Position numbers and translations under genes: made by a program
Source of the DNA: Hemiscyllium ocellatum
Taxonomy: Eukaryota
Assembly: GCF_020745735.1 (NCBI RefSeq)
Contig: NC_083439.1
Location: 23,450,596-23,514,595, forward strand
DNA: 64,000 bases
Direction of reading: 5' to 3'
The notes under the pieces: generated by a model
Told to the model about the DNA's origin: nothing
Database searches by the model: none
What the model saw: the letters and a program-made list of their open reading frames with translations, nothing else
Part shown: positions 35,897-49,729 of the stretch, one piece after another
Position numbering within the stretch: position 1 is the first letter of the stretch
Layout: each line of letters starts with the position of its first letter

Positions 35897-36402
35897 ACAC
35901 TCCTGTTTATATCTGACAGCTAAGCCTCCCTGATTGGGGCTGTTAATGTGGTCCAATCAGGGAACTCATTCTATGAGGTTCACCTGGCTGACCTTGTTAC
36001 TATCACTACATCCCTCTCCCTCTGATTCCAAGGGCATACGTTGGTTCTTTTTTTTTTGGCGCTACTCCTGGATCATTTTAGCACCAGGTCAGGTTCCTCC
36101 AACTTTGCCTCGCATATGGGGGCGTATAATGCACAATAGCTTGCCTCTTGAACCTGGACCGTGTCGGGAAAAATGCATTCTGCACTTCAGTCAGCAAAGG
36201 TGTCGGCAGCAACACCTGCATGTCCATTTCAGATTCCGAGGTATCTGGGTTCCAGAACAGTCCGAAAAGCAGTCAAGAAGCCGGGGATGTTTTGCTCCTG
36301 CGCCATTTGTGAGTTTGCGGCTTTCATATGGTCAACATTCTTTTTCAGGACCGTCACATCTGCATGAACTTTCTAGGTTACTGGACCTGATCTTACATTA
36401 AG

Positions 36403-36530
36403 CAAAAGTGAGGACTGCAGATGCTGGAAACCAGAGTTTAGATCAGAGTGGTGCTGGAAAAGCACAGCAGCTCAGGCAGCATCTGAGGAGCAGGAAAATC
36501 GTTTTGGGCAAAATCCCTTCATCAGGAATA
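36403..36530 (-). mobile_element. Penelope pLTR fragment inside the Gypsy element
   Basis: Same sequence family as the pLTRs at 47465-47596 and 49730-49825. Confidence 0.75.
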
Positions 36531-39500
36531 TTCAAGCCCAGTGCTGAATTTTGCCTGAACCTATGGGCAGCACTGCCTTGCCTTCTTTATGTCGACATAA
36601 CAAGGTTTATTAATGTGTTATTATTTCAAATTTACGTCTGTAAAGATATTGGTAGAACTTCCTGACTTCAAATATGATTGCCAAACCTTCCTTGTCTATC
36701 TGGGTATATTTATGTTCTGCATAAACCAAAGTCCTGGATGTATATGCCATTGGGTGTTCCTCTCAATTGGGCCACCTCTGAGCTAATACTACCCCGATGC
36801 TATGTGGGGAGGCATCACATGTTAATACCAGACCTTGCTTGGGATGATAGTGTGCCAACTCCTTAGAGTATGATAGCTGTTTCCCTTCTCTGAAGGCTAT
36901 ATGACTTGGCTATGCAACCATTTCCAAGGCTGACCCTTTTTTAAGAATTGATGCAAAGATGTCAGGATGGAGGCCTGGTTATGTATGAACTTTCAGTTAA
37001 TAGCACTTCATCTTGGTAAATGGTGACCTGTGGTAAACCTCATAAAACATTCTCCATCAACTGCTGAAAAATTGCACAGGCTGATGATACCCTAAACAGC
37101 AGACTTGTATATTGATACAAATCCTTATGGGTATTAAGTGTTGCATTTTTCTGGGAATCCTCTTCTGACTGCAATTGCAAGTGCACATGGCTGATATTCT
37201 GCTTTGTGAAGAATAGTTCCCCTTCCAGCTTTGTGTATAAATCCTCTATGTGTGGGATTAGGTATTTCTCCAGCTGTAAAAAGCAGTTTATCATTTGTTT
37301 AAAATAGCCAGAAAGATGAATCAACCTTCACAATCAGTGCAACTGGTGCTGCCAATTCCGCAAACAGAATTCCGCTGGTTTGATGATTCCTTCGCTGTCC
37401 AATCTGCTTGTTTATGTCTCTACTTATGCCCGTAAGGGAAATGGCACTGGGTGGACCCCTCAGAATTGTGGAATTGCTTCCTGGTCAATGTGCAAGGTGA
37501 CCTTGGTGCTTTTGATTGTTCCTTGACCTTCCTGAAAAATCCAGGCATTTAATTAAGATTTCACTCAGGCTGCCATTTTCTATTCAAAAAATGTTGAGCC
37601 AATCCAGGTGAATCTTCCTCAACCAATTTTGCCCCATCAAGCTTGGGCCCAAGCATTTTACTACAATCAGTAGTAACTGAACCAGCTGTTTCTCATCAGA
37701 GACCAAAGCTGAAGTTGCACCCTTAATATGTAAAGATTCCCTTGTATAGGTTCTCAATTAAGCTGAAGTCTTGTGCAAATTTAAGAGTTGGAGTCGAGTG
37801 AATTTTGTTAAAGACTGGTTCTGTGATCACTGAAATGGCCACACCAGTATTGACCTCCATTAGAATTGGACGACCATTTAACTAGACATTTTATTTGATT
37901 GGTGCTGATTTGGATGTTGCTAAGCAGTTTAACTGTTCCAAACCAGATATAGGTGGTCTTTCCATGGTGTGCACTCTCCTGGATACCAGCCTATGAGTTC
38001 ACTTACTCAATTTAAAGTCTAGTAAGACTCTTTTGCTCCGTACCAGCAGCAACTACAATGGTTTTCTGGCCTGGATTCTGAAGAAAATTTCAACCATTTG
38101 GTCGAGATTTGGTTTTGTTTTGGGGTTTTGTTGTGGGCTGACCTCGAGTCTTTCTGTTGAGGATATGTCCTGAGTAAGGCTGTGCAATTGCCTTTACTCA
38201 AGCGATGTTTCCCCCAAACACAGTTGGATGGCAAGAGTGTCCAATTCCTTCGGAATACTCTGCAACTCACATGCTCCACTTTCTGCATTTTCTAATGACA
38301 CAGCTAGTTGGAGTGCCATTTGAAGTCCACTTGGGCTTCAGATAGTGATGCTTTTGCATGGTTACATCATTCATTCCGCATACCAAACAGTTCCTCAGCA
38401 TCTCATTAAAGGTTTAAACCAAAGTCATCTGCCTCTGCCATCATCTTAACCCAGTCAGAAATCTCAATACAGATTCCCCTGGTTCTCAAATCGCTGAGTA
38501 AAACTGATAACATCTTAGAGTTAGGGGATGCTGGGGTCATAATATTCCTTATCTAAATATGTCAACTCTTGAAAGGTGCCTCAGGAAAAGTTAGGCTCCT
38601 AATAACTGAAAATGCTATGGGTCCACAAGCTGTCAGGGAAATTACTTGTTGCTTGTCATCTGCCCCAGTGCCATTTGCCTGAAAAGAAACAAGTCTCCGA
38701 CGGCAGGATTGAATGGGTCAAGTTTTCCAAATAGCAACATGATGCCAGAAATGCTTACTCCAGCTCAAAGATGACTGTTGTGAGCCAATTTCTTTAGGAG
38801 CATGGTTTTTCTCTCATCACCGCTGAAATAACTCCACAGAGGTTGGAATCTTGTCACCAACTCGCCCATTATTTACATGTGAAGAGTCTTGCCACTAAGC
38901 TAGCTCCTTCAGAGCCAGCTGAACAGAATCTCTGACACTTTTTAAAAAAATATCTATCTTCCCAGGGCTTCCTAATTGGATCTGATTACAACTTCAATCA
39001 GGGAACTCATATTCTATGAGGTCCATCTGGCTGACCTCATTTCTATCATTACACTTTACACTTGATTTCCAACTGGACTACCGTGACTGTTCCGTTAGTT
39101 TTTCCTAAAAGTGTCTGTGGAGAAGTTGAAGACAAAACCAAGCTTAATTGAAATACTCTTGATAAAGTAATAGGTGCCAATTAAAGATATAAACCACATT
39201 TTATATAGTGGCGTGTCATGTTCAATACCCAGCAAATGGACAAATGCAACTCATCTCCAACACATTGAATTCCACATTTCACTGCCACATGATACACTGC
39301 ATCTGAACAACAACCCCCTTGGGAAAGGGGAGTTGATAATTTCAATCATTAATCAGTCAATTTTAGTGTAATTAACACTGCTTTTTCAATTTGACTGTGG
39401 ATCTCAAGTGTTTGCTAAACTTCTTCGTGAAAATAGGGTTAATACACAGCAATTAAGGGACTGAACTCATGACAGGAAAACCTGCCCTGAAATCTTACAG

Positions 39501-42484
39501 CTGATTTCCTGCCTGTTTTGTTACATAGTATTTGTGTTGAGATGCAACTTTGACAACTTTGGAGGTTTATTTATCTGATCCTCATTTTTTGAAGCTCGTA
39601 CTATCAGATCAACATCTGTGTCCTTTCTACTGCATTATGTTGGACCTCAGATGAGGACCAAGATGACTAGCAGCATCAGAAACAGCATTAGCCTGTTTCT
39701 CACAGATCTGCAGCTCCACAGGAGCAAGGTTATGAGCAGAAAGATGCAACTCATACCTATTGCCACATGGTCCACAAGTAGAGTTTAAACTTCCAGCACA
39801 TCAGAACAGCAGTATCTCAGCTGGCTGAATATGTTACATCAGGTAGTGGCTGACCTTTCAGCTGACTGGAACTTTATTTGTTGCCAAGTGGACCTGATAA
39901 TCACTTTTTACCCGACACGGTCAAAAATCATTATCACCCTCATTGTTTGCTTCTTGATCCTTCCAAGGCTGTGATGGAGAGATTCATGGTCAGCAGCCCA
40001 TAAATGCATAATGCTGGTGACTGATGATTTGTTTGGCAGGGCAGGCAATTATGTCAACTTTGCCCATGATATTGCTGGACAGAATGGGCAAGCAGTTTGA
40101 GATCCTGACTGAATTTTCACAGGTGCAGTAGATTATTTACTGCATGGGTGTATTAGTTAATCGACTCAGTATATCCTGGAACATTCATCAATCGCAGGGG
40201 CATTTATTCTATCATCTTTTTCTTGGCTCACCCACAATTCCCTATTGGCAATAAATTGGAGAGCACTTTGCTGCAGATCATTAGAGTGATGTTTATCCAA
40301 GGTTAGAATATCATGCAACCTTTTTAAACTAGCATTCAAAATTAGCTATTTATTAATCTAAAGTTTGTACACACTTGTTTAATGTTCTATGCAGTTGGCC
40401 TATTGAAGAATAAAAGCCAATCTATAATTTTGGCCTATGGAACTCTCTCCACATGATATCAAGAATAGCTGAAGGCACTTGATTTTGGAAACAGTGTGGG
40501 CTCTGACAACATTTCAGCAACAGTACTGAAGACTTGTGCTCCAGGAAAACTGTATCTTTAGCCATATTATTCAAGTGCAGATGTAACTCAGAACTGACAA
40601 TATAGAAAACTGCCTCCTATGTCCTGTCAACAAGGACAGACCCAGTCTGGCCAATTGCTTCCCCATAATCATCAGCAAAATGATGGAAGTTGTTGTTAGC
40701 AGTGCTACCAGGTGACATTAACCTGCTCAGTTATGCTCAGTTTGAGTTTCAAAAGTTGGGCTGTATGACTCTATATTGGAGGCTTGCCACCCCTCACTTT
40801 GCCCCATCCTTATGGAATATTGTCCCTCAAACTATATGTAGCCAATAATCTTTCTGTAATGGAGATACTTTTGGTCCTTTGTGGACAATGGCTAATTATC
40901 TCTTTTCAAGTCAACATGTCTGAGTTGGTTTGCCACATGGTTGTAAAATATTTAATTCTGTAACCAGTTATCTAGGTGGGTCCCCAACTTGAATAGCTAG
41001 ACACATTAAGATTCCATTGATATCCAGGGATGCCTTCTCTGGAGTTGTCAACGGAGAGATGGCTGGGAACCTGCCATTGGTCTGCATCTCCTCCGTGTGT
41101 TCTGTGCTTCCTTTGCAAAACTGGAAAGTAACTAAAGTGACATTGCATTTAAAGATGATAGTGTCAGTGGTGAATGTGAGGAAGTGTACAGGCAGAGATG
41201 GATAGGTAGACCTTCAAAGTAGTGTGAGGAATGAATTATTGAAGTGTGCTTGAGAAAGCAGAGCAAAGGGTTGATGTGATATACCTCTCAGGATGTCAGT
41301 GAAGTGCCACTCTCACCTTTTCTACTCTGCTTATGTCACCTCCTGCTCTCCTTTCTGAACCCGTGGGCAACTTCCAGCCTGCACTTTTGTTTCATGGGCA
41401 GACTTTTTCTTCTCACAATAGGGAAGAAAATGTTTATGTGGACTCTTACATTGCTAGCATCTCATCCAAAGCAGCATCACAAGATGAAACAAGAGATGAA
41501 ACAAGGCACAATCTTTGAATATCTGATTTAAATTCAGCCAGTTCCTTTTGTTGTGCTGTTGACTCCAAAATCCATGGTTGGCATGTTGCTTTAAATTTTG
41601 AAGTTGAAATTAACACATAGAGTCATAGAGGCATAGAGATGTACAGCATGGAAACAGACCCTTCGGTCCAACCTGACCAGATATCTCCTGTCATTAAGCT
41701 GGCTCATATAAATTGGTTGGAAAACCAAGAGTGACACATTGACTGGGTTAAAAAGCCAATGGACACACCTGTTGTCAACTTGACAGGAATTTAAATTCTA
41801 ATCAGACGTTTCAGAGACCAGCAGAAATGTACGTCAAATAAAATTAGCACTTTCTAGATAGGTTATGGGGAAAAATAAGAATAATTCTAATTTACTTTCT
41901 AAACTGCACAGTTTCTTACTTTGTAATCATCAAAAAATACATTTTTTACTGAAATCAAGCAAATTGAAAATATTGAATTCACCATCTTTCATATACTCTA
42001 CAAATGTGACTCTTGTCCATTCAACAAAGTGAATGAGTTATTCAAATTTCATTTTATACAGTCTTGCTATTTTGTGATGAATACATGTTAAACTCACTTT
42101 ATCAAACACACAGACCAAATAAAAGGTAAATCTTTCCATATTTTCCTTGTTGTTGTTGGCTGCCCTTCGATTCAAGGATGACATCTACTCAAAATTGCAA
42201 ATTTTTGTCACAAATTGTTATGTGACTGAACAGGCTGACCCTTGACCTGTAGGTCTTTGGGCCTATGGAGTAGGATCTCCCATAAGATGGCAGGATCTGG
42301 AGCACAAGAATTGCTTCCTTTTCTTTCCCTTAAATTCTGCTACTCTGTCTAATCATTAAGAAGTTGAAGCTCAAATCATGATTCTGCTTGATGATCAAGT
42401 TGTCATCATTTTGAACACTTTATAGCAAACCCCTGCAAATTATAAATGTCATTGCTGCCAGTCTTCAGGGAGAGCTTGGGATGT

Positions 42485-43285
42485 TGTTACAACACAGGGT
42501 AAACCTCTCTGCTAATTTAAACCAGCCATACAGAAAACGTTCACCTTACGCTGTAATCTGTTAAAATTTGAGAGGCAAACAACTATCCCAGAGGTCACTG
42601 TTTAAAGTAAAAATTAACAATTTTATTCTTGAAGCCCAACAAAGAATATTAAAACCAGCAACTATTTACAACTCCTTTCTTTTAAACCTATCTTTTACCT
42701 CCCACTCTACAATACTGGTCCGATAAAACAAAATCCTGATTAATATTTACAAAAAAAAATCATGTTTCAAAAACCATGTTTTGTCAATTCTCCTTTGTAC
42801 ATTTTCTCTAGGTCAGTTTCAATGTTCTGCTGCACAAACCTCTTATAGACAGGTACCTTTCAGAGAGCTCTTCAACCCCTTTGAAGATTTTCATCTGTAG
42901 ATTTTCTCTAAGTCAGTTTCAATGTTCTGCTGTGCAAACTTCTTATAGACAGGTATCTTTCAGCGAGCTCTTCAACCAGCAGTCTATATTTGTAGATGGC
43001 CTTGCAGTTCTTCTTCTAAATGTTCAAAATGTCCGGTTTTATATCCCAAAACATCAGATCGTTTCACTGGTTTTAATATTATCAAAATACTAAATTCAAA
43101 TTTGATTGGATTTTGGTATCTTGGGGCATAATTTAAACTGATTGGCTGAATTTGATTTTGTTTTTGTTTCATGACAACTCAGTTGCAGCTATCAGTTTCC
43201 CAAGTGTCACATTCTTACTTTGTTCAGTCCTTGCTAGCTTTTCAACTCTCTTAAAGGTACAGTACACCTCTATACCTTCATAACA
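42485..43285. mobile_element. Solo LTR with an internal duplication of about 75 nt
   Basis: TGTTAC...ATAACA ends; flanks ATGT and GTGT; repeat at 42802-42877 and 42902-42977. Confidence 0.65.
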
Positions 43286-44940
43286 GTGTTGTTATAGCAT
43301 ATTCTTTGTCCTCCTCTGTAACAGTGGCCATCTGAAATTTATGAAAACAGGACCTGATGGGGTAGATGCTTTTCAGTGACCCAGTTGATTTTGCAGATGT
43401 TTTGCATGAGTAATTGCAGAACTGGCTTAAAACATTATTCATGCACTAACATTTATTCAATGGTCCTCCTATTGATTCCAGCAAATGAGGAGGATACATT
43501 GCTGGTGGAATTTCTCTAGTGCTCTTATGTATCACTAATATACAGTCCCATTCTCATTACAGTACAGCAGTTTTATGAACAACAGCAGTGAGTGTTTGAC
43601 AACCAAGTGCTCCACTAGTCAACATAATGCCTAGTGAGAAAGTTGGTTGCCATCCTGTACTGCGGTGAGAACTAGACTAAGTAATGCCAGTTGGGTTGCT
43701 CCGATATCATGATGCTATGTGTTCAGTTTCAAACAAACAGTATTGCTTTTGCCATTCGTAACTTAACAATGAAAAGTCCTCATGTTTTGGAAATAACTAC
43801 TTGAAAAATGCAATGGAGGCTTTTAAGTCAGAATAAACAATAATGCAGTCCTGGTAGCCTGTTGTTTCATTTGAACATCATTTCTCTAAAGCATTAACGA
43901 TTTTATGTGAATTTTAGAATGATAATGTTATGATAAAGCTAGAGTGATAAATTGGAATAGCATTTGATTATACTGTCATAATTGTGTTTTCAAAGACATT
44001 TTTAAACCTGAAATTTTAATTTAATGGTAAAATTAGGTAACTCATCTGGAGCAGAAAATGGGTGTAAAGAGTATGAGAATATGGAAAATTGAAAACTAAA
44101 ATGATTATTTAAAGAAGAAAAGGCAATAAGTAGCCAATAATAGCCCAATGCTTCCAATATCACTGAGATACAACAAAAGAAGAAACCGGTGAACAAATAA
44201 GGAGGAGAGAATGAGATTCAAGGCAATCTGCTGAAGAACAGTATCTTAAAAGAAGACATGACATCGACATTAAAGAGTTACTGGACAATGGTTATCTGTT
44301 GTTATTCTGAAATAATATAACAAACTTTCACCGGAGTTGTTTTATTGTTGATGATTGCCATTTTATTTGTTTTTCTAAAAAAAAATTCCAAAATATAAAC
44401 CATGATAATTTAATGATAAATATGGTGTACTAAGGAGAACGAGGATGAGCAAATTTTACACTTTCTAACTTGTACTAAGTTACTGTGCTTTACTTATTAA
44501 ACTGTCTAGTTTAATTATTAAACTATTTAACATCGTTAGATGCATAATTGTGTTTGTGAAGTGTCTGACACCTCAGAATTGGCAAACATTTTCAATACCT
44601 CATGTAATAATGATTCATACTTAACAGTGCCCGATCTTTTAATTTGATTGAGTTCATATGGGTAATTCAGGAGAAGGTAAATCCATTTTAATACAATATC
44701 TGAAATTAATGTACATTTTGATACTTCTGTTTTGATAACATACAGGCATCGTTGAGACAGTTGCTGTATGCCCACAATAAGCATTCTGACTCCATAAATG
44801 TTCTGGTGAAAGACTGTAATGTGTGAATTAATTCTGGAATTTGCATTTCATGACTAGGTTGTTACACTTCCATTGTGTCAGACAGGTATGCATAGTAATT
44901 GGAAAACTCTTTTCAGTCACCCTATTCATTTTAAATAATA

Positions 44941-45459
44941 GAACTCCTATCGGAAGGATGTTGTGAAACTTGAAAGAGTTCAGAAAAGATTTACAAGGAT
45001 GTTGCCAAAGTTGGAGGATTTCAGACATCGGGAGAGGCTGAGTAGGCTGGGGCTGTTTTCCCTGGAGCATGACAGACTAATGGGTGATTTTATAGAGGTT
45101 TATAAAATCATAAGGGGCATGAATATGGTATACAGACAATGTCTTTTCCCCAGGTTGGGCGAGTCCAGAAGTAGAGAAAATAGGTTTCAGGTGAGAGGGG
45201 AAGAATTTAAAAAGCACCTAAAGGGCAACTATTTCACACAGAGGGTGGTTCATGTATGGAATGATCTGCTGAGGAAGTGGTGGAGGCTGGTACAATTACA
45301 ACATTTAAAAAGCATCTGGATAGGTAAATGAATAGAAAGGGTTTAGAGGGATATGGGCCAAGTACTGGCAGATGGGACTAGATTAGGTTAGGGTATCTGG
45401 TCGGCATGGACGAGTTGGAGCGAAGAGTCTGTTTCCATGATGTACATCTCTCTGACTCT
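44941..45459 (+). mobile_element. CR1 3' fragment
   Basis: [14 protein letters not shown]...VWNDL followed by the 3' UTR. Confidence 0.9.
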
Positions 45460-46092
45460 AAGAGCTCAGACATTCTTTGCTCAGAGGCCTTCAGGCATAA
45501 TACACTATGTATATCCTAAGAACAGTCATATTCAACTCGAAACATTGACCCTGTTTCTCTCTCTGCAGATGCTGCCCGAGCTACGAAGTTTTTCCAGCAC
45601 TTTTATTAAATCTCAGTTTTCCAGCTTATGTTGCTTTTTGTTTTCATGAATAAAATTAAAACAACCAGGTTTGGTAGATGTGAAGTATATGGGGCACGAT
45701 GTTTTTGGGTAGCAGGGTTGGCCACTGCAAGATCTAGAAAGTTAGTGGTGAATGGACCCCTGCCAATTACTACATCCCTCAGCCATTTACTGTTTCAAGA
45801 GCTGCTGGCTTATCTGATTGGCTGGTAGTACTTTGATTCCAGCAGGAGCACTGTCCAAGACTGGAACTATAAGTAGTCTCCTGATTCTGACCTGACATCC
45901 AGGACATATTAAGTGTGGTGGGGGAATCTCTCAGCTGGGAGGAAGCTGATGCAGATGGCATGGCAAGAACACGATGGCACTTTCAGTTGATGAAATCTGT
46001 CAAGATTTCCCTCAATCATTCCTGTCCAGTTGCTTGCTCAGTTATTTTTGGTGTTGGTTAAGAATCATGTAACTGTATTGTATGCCTGGAGT

Positions 46093-47596
46093 CCCCAGCT
46101 ATGCCTGTCTCTTCGTAGGAGCATGGGCCCCAGCTATGCCTGTCTCTTCGTAGGATATGTGGAACAGTCCATCTTCCGCAACTACACTGGCACCACCCCC
46201 CACCTTTTCCTCCGCTACATCGATGACTGTATCAGCGCTGCCTCGTGCTCCCACGAGGAGGTTGAACAGTTCATCAACTTTACTAACACCTTCCATCCCG
46301 ACCTCAAATGTCTCAGACTCCTCCCTCCCCTTCCTAGACCTTTCCATCTCTATCTTAGGTGACCGACTCAACACAGACATCTACTATAAACCGACTGACT
46401 CCCACAGCTACCTGGACTACACCTCCTCCCACCCTGCCCCCTGTAAAAACTCCATCCCATATTCCCAATTCCTTCGTCTCCGCCGCATCTGCTCCCAGGA
46501 GGACCAGTTCCAACACCGTACAGCCCAGATGGCCTCCTTCTTCAAGGACCGCAGATTCCCCCTAGACGTGATCGACGATGCCCTCCACCGCATCTCCTCC
46601 ACTTCCCGCTCCTCTGCCCTTGAGCCCCGCTCCTCCATCCGCCACCAAGACAGAACCCCACTGGTTCTCACCTACCACCCCACCAACCTCCGCATACAAC
46701 GTATCATCCGCCGTCCTTTCCGCTACCTCCAAACGAACCCCACCACCAAGGATATATTTCCCTCCCCTCCCCTATCAGCGTTCCGCAAAGACTACTCCCT
46801 TCGTGACTCCCTCGTCAGGTCCACACCCCCCACCAACCCAACCTCCACTCCCGGCACCTTCCCCTGCAACCACAGGAAATGTAAAACTTGCGCCCACACC
46901 TCCTCCCTCACTTCCCTCCAAGGCCCCAAGGGATCCTTCCATATCCGCCACAAGTTCACCTGCACCTCCACACACATCATCTATTGCATCCGCTGCACCC
47001 GATGTGGCCTCCTCTATATTGGGGAGACGGGCCGCTTACTTGCGGAACGCTTCAGAGAACACCTCTGGGACGCCCGGTCCAACCACCCCGTGGCTCAACA
47101 CTTTAACTCTCCCTCCCACTCCACCGAAGACATGCAGGTCCTTGGACTCCTCCATCGGCAGAACATAACAACACGACGGCTGGAGGAGGAGCGCCTCATC
47201 TTCTGCCTGGGAACCCTCCAACCACAAGGAATGAACTCCGATTTCTCCAGTTTCCTCATTTCCCCTCCCCCCACCTTGTCTCAGTCGGTTCCCTCAACTC
47301 AGCACCGCCCTCCTAACCTGCAATCTTCTTCCTGACCTCTCCGCCCCCACCCCACTCCGGCCTATCACCCTTACCTTGACCTCCTTCCACCTATCACATC
47401 CCCATCGCCCCTCCCCCAAGTCCCTCCTCCCTACCCTTTATCTTAGCCTGCCTGGCACACTCTCCTCATTCCTGATGAAGGGCTCTGGCCCGAAGCGTTG
47501 AATTTCCTGTTCCTTGGATGCTGCCTAACCTGCTGTGCTTTAACCAGCAACACATTTTCAACTGTGATCTCCAGCATCTGCAGACCTCACTTTTTA
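46093..47596 (+). mobile_element. 5'-truncated Penelope-like element (RT C-terminus, GIY-YIG endonuclease, pLTR), inserted in a Deu-type SINE
   Basis: FLRYIDD, LPFLD, YYKPTDSHSYL, CNHRKCKTCAH, LYIGETGRLLAERFREH; TSD CTGGAGT (46086-46092 and 47597-47603); hammerhead-like core at 47472-47499. Confidence 0.93.
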
Positions 47597-49729
47597 CTGG
47601 AGTTACAGGTAGGCCAGACCAGATAATAATGGCAGATTTTCATCCCTAAAGGTTAATGGTGAATCAGAATTGCTTTTAATGACAATCTCCTAGTTTTATG
47701 TTTACTATTAGTTATACTAGTTTTTATTCCAGAATTACTCAATTAGTTAATTAACTGTATTTGAATGCCCAACAACTGCTGTGGGATTTGGATTCACGGA
47801 TTACTGATTCAGTGAGCTATCCAGAATACCTTGGGTATCACCAATTATCTATCAATATTTGAATAAAACATCTTCCATAATAAAGTAAAAGTTTATCATT
47901 TAACAAAGAGATTCCATCCTTTTTTGATATGTTTCTCTGATCTACCATTTTGGAATTAAGAGCTATTTTAAATTATACAGTACCAAGGACTTCAAGTTTT
48001 AATTTTGTAGTGAGATTTGAAACTGATATTTAAAATCATTGAAGACTATAATTTGTCACATTTAGCACAGTGCTTTGGATAACAAATTATACCATTCAGG
48101 AAAATAAAATTGTACTGTCTCGAAGATTTGTAGTTGCAGGATCATTTGATATCTCAGTGTGGTCATCCCTGTCCTTTTGCAAGTTGCCCCAGGCCTAGGT
48201 CAGAGTTCCCTGCTCAAGTGATGGAACCAGCAAATTTTTGGTGGTGATGACGGAAGAGCAAGAACCTCAAGGTTACAGCTGTTTACAGGCAGAGGACACC
48301 TCAGCAAAAGTGGTTTTGTTTCCTTTAAATGCACATGGGAAAGATAACAGGAAGCCACCTTGTATTCTTTTCCGTTGTTATATTGCTCATTACTATTGGT
48401 AGTTGTCAGTGTCAGGTTCTTATAAACAACTGAAGAGCAATGCAAGACAAAGGGAAATGGGCACAGGATCTATCCTTGGGATAATTCACACTACACAAGA
48501 ATGAATACTAATTTTCTGAATTGTTTAAGAGGACACTAAGTAGTATCAAAAGAAGTGAAGGAATATTCAGCAAAATATGATTGTTAACAAGGTTTTAATA
48601 TCCTTGGCATATGCTTCATTTCTTTGGAACTGCTTCAAGTTTCACTTTATCAGCTTGTTTTTTTTAAAAGAAGTAGCTATATTATTATGGGCTAGCTATT
48701 TGATAAAGAGATACATTTTGTGATATATAAAACCAAAAGAAAGACAATGTGTAATTGAACTGTGACTCTCTCTGCAGATGTTGGCTGACCTGTCGGGTAT
48801 TTTTTTGCCTATTCTGTTTCTTTAACATATTTTAGGCATTATTTGGAGAAATTACAATTAAAGTGCCTTTGTTCTGTTTAATGATTACTTTGAAAGTAGG
48901 TATAAGCAAGCCGGCTTTCATTTACACATTTCAACTGCTAGCTTATTGAAATTTCAAGGGAATAACGTGAGTCAAAGTCAGGATTTATGCCTTTTTTAAA
49001 GCAATTAAATCTCCTGTTAAAGAAAATCATAGGGACTTCTTTAACATCAATAGCACATAACAGCATAGTTTCAAGAAAGTGAAGGAGTGTGATCCATAAC
49101 TGTAAAGTTGCACATACAGTATTGGTATTTGTGTTCAGACAGTGTATTGTCTGTGGATGAATCTTGTTCAGATAGAGGACAGGTTAGAGATCACATGTAG
49201 AGATGGGCAGTGTGAGAACCAATGGACACATTTTTGAGGAGCTGGAACATAAATGGCAGGCTGAGGGACCCCATTTTGTACTGTAACATTTGATGATTCT
49301 TATAGTATTGAATAGGGTGATGTTGAGCATTGTACTGATATTTTTTAAAAAAAATTTAGGGATGTGGGTCTCACAGGGTGGGCCAGCATTTATTGCCTGC
49401 TCCTAATTGCCTGTGAGAAAGTGGTGCTGAGCAATCATTTTGGACCACTGTAGGAACATGTACAACACATTCGCTCGGGACTTCCAAGACCCAACAAAGA
49501 GAATGTATGATGATATATTTCCAAATCTGGATTGTGAGTGGATTGGAGAGGAACTTGCAGGTGGTGGTGTTGCCATGTTTCTATTGTGTCATCCTCTTTG
49601 ATGGTAGATGTCATAGGTTTGGAAGGTCCTAAGGAGCCTTTATGAATTTTTGGAGTGCATCTTGTAGATGGAGCACACTGTTGCTAATGAGCATTGGTAA
49701 TAGAGAGAATGAATGGTTATGGAAGTGGT

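Larger units (their letters stand above)
34965..39053 (-). mobile_element. Decayed, internally deleted Gypsy/Ty3 LTR retrotransposon
   Basis: 5-bp TSD CTTTA (34960-34964 and 39054-39058). LTRs at 38824-39053 and 34965-36010 (TGTA..TTCA on -). PBS-like gcggtgatgag; PPT gggagaggga at 36011-36020. gag start MLLFGKLDPFNP at about 38740; protease LMEVNTGVAISVI at about 37860; RT YLIPHIEDL..FRVSSACAIFQ at 37040-37324; integrase tail at about 36320-36395. Confidence 0.9.

Noticed and set aside
35079-35910. CRISPR-like array (repeated 14-mer with variable spacers)
   Set aside because: Eukaryotic DNA with no cas genes; the spacers are homologous polyA-tailed retroelement ends and the repeats behave as TSDs.
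46359-47227. Overlapping alternate-frame and antisense ORFs in the Penelope elements
   Set aside because: Explained by the strong C-rich codon bias of the single Penelope ORF.
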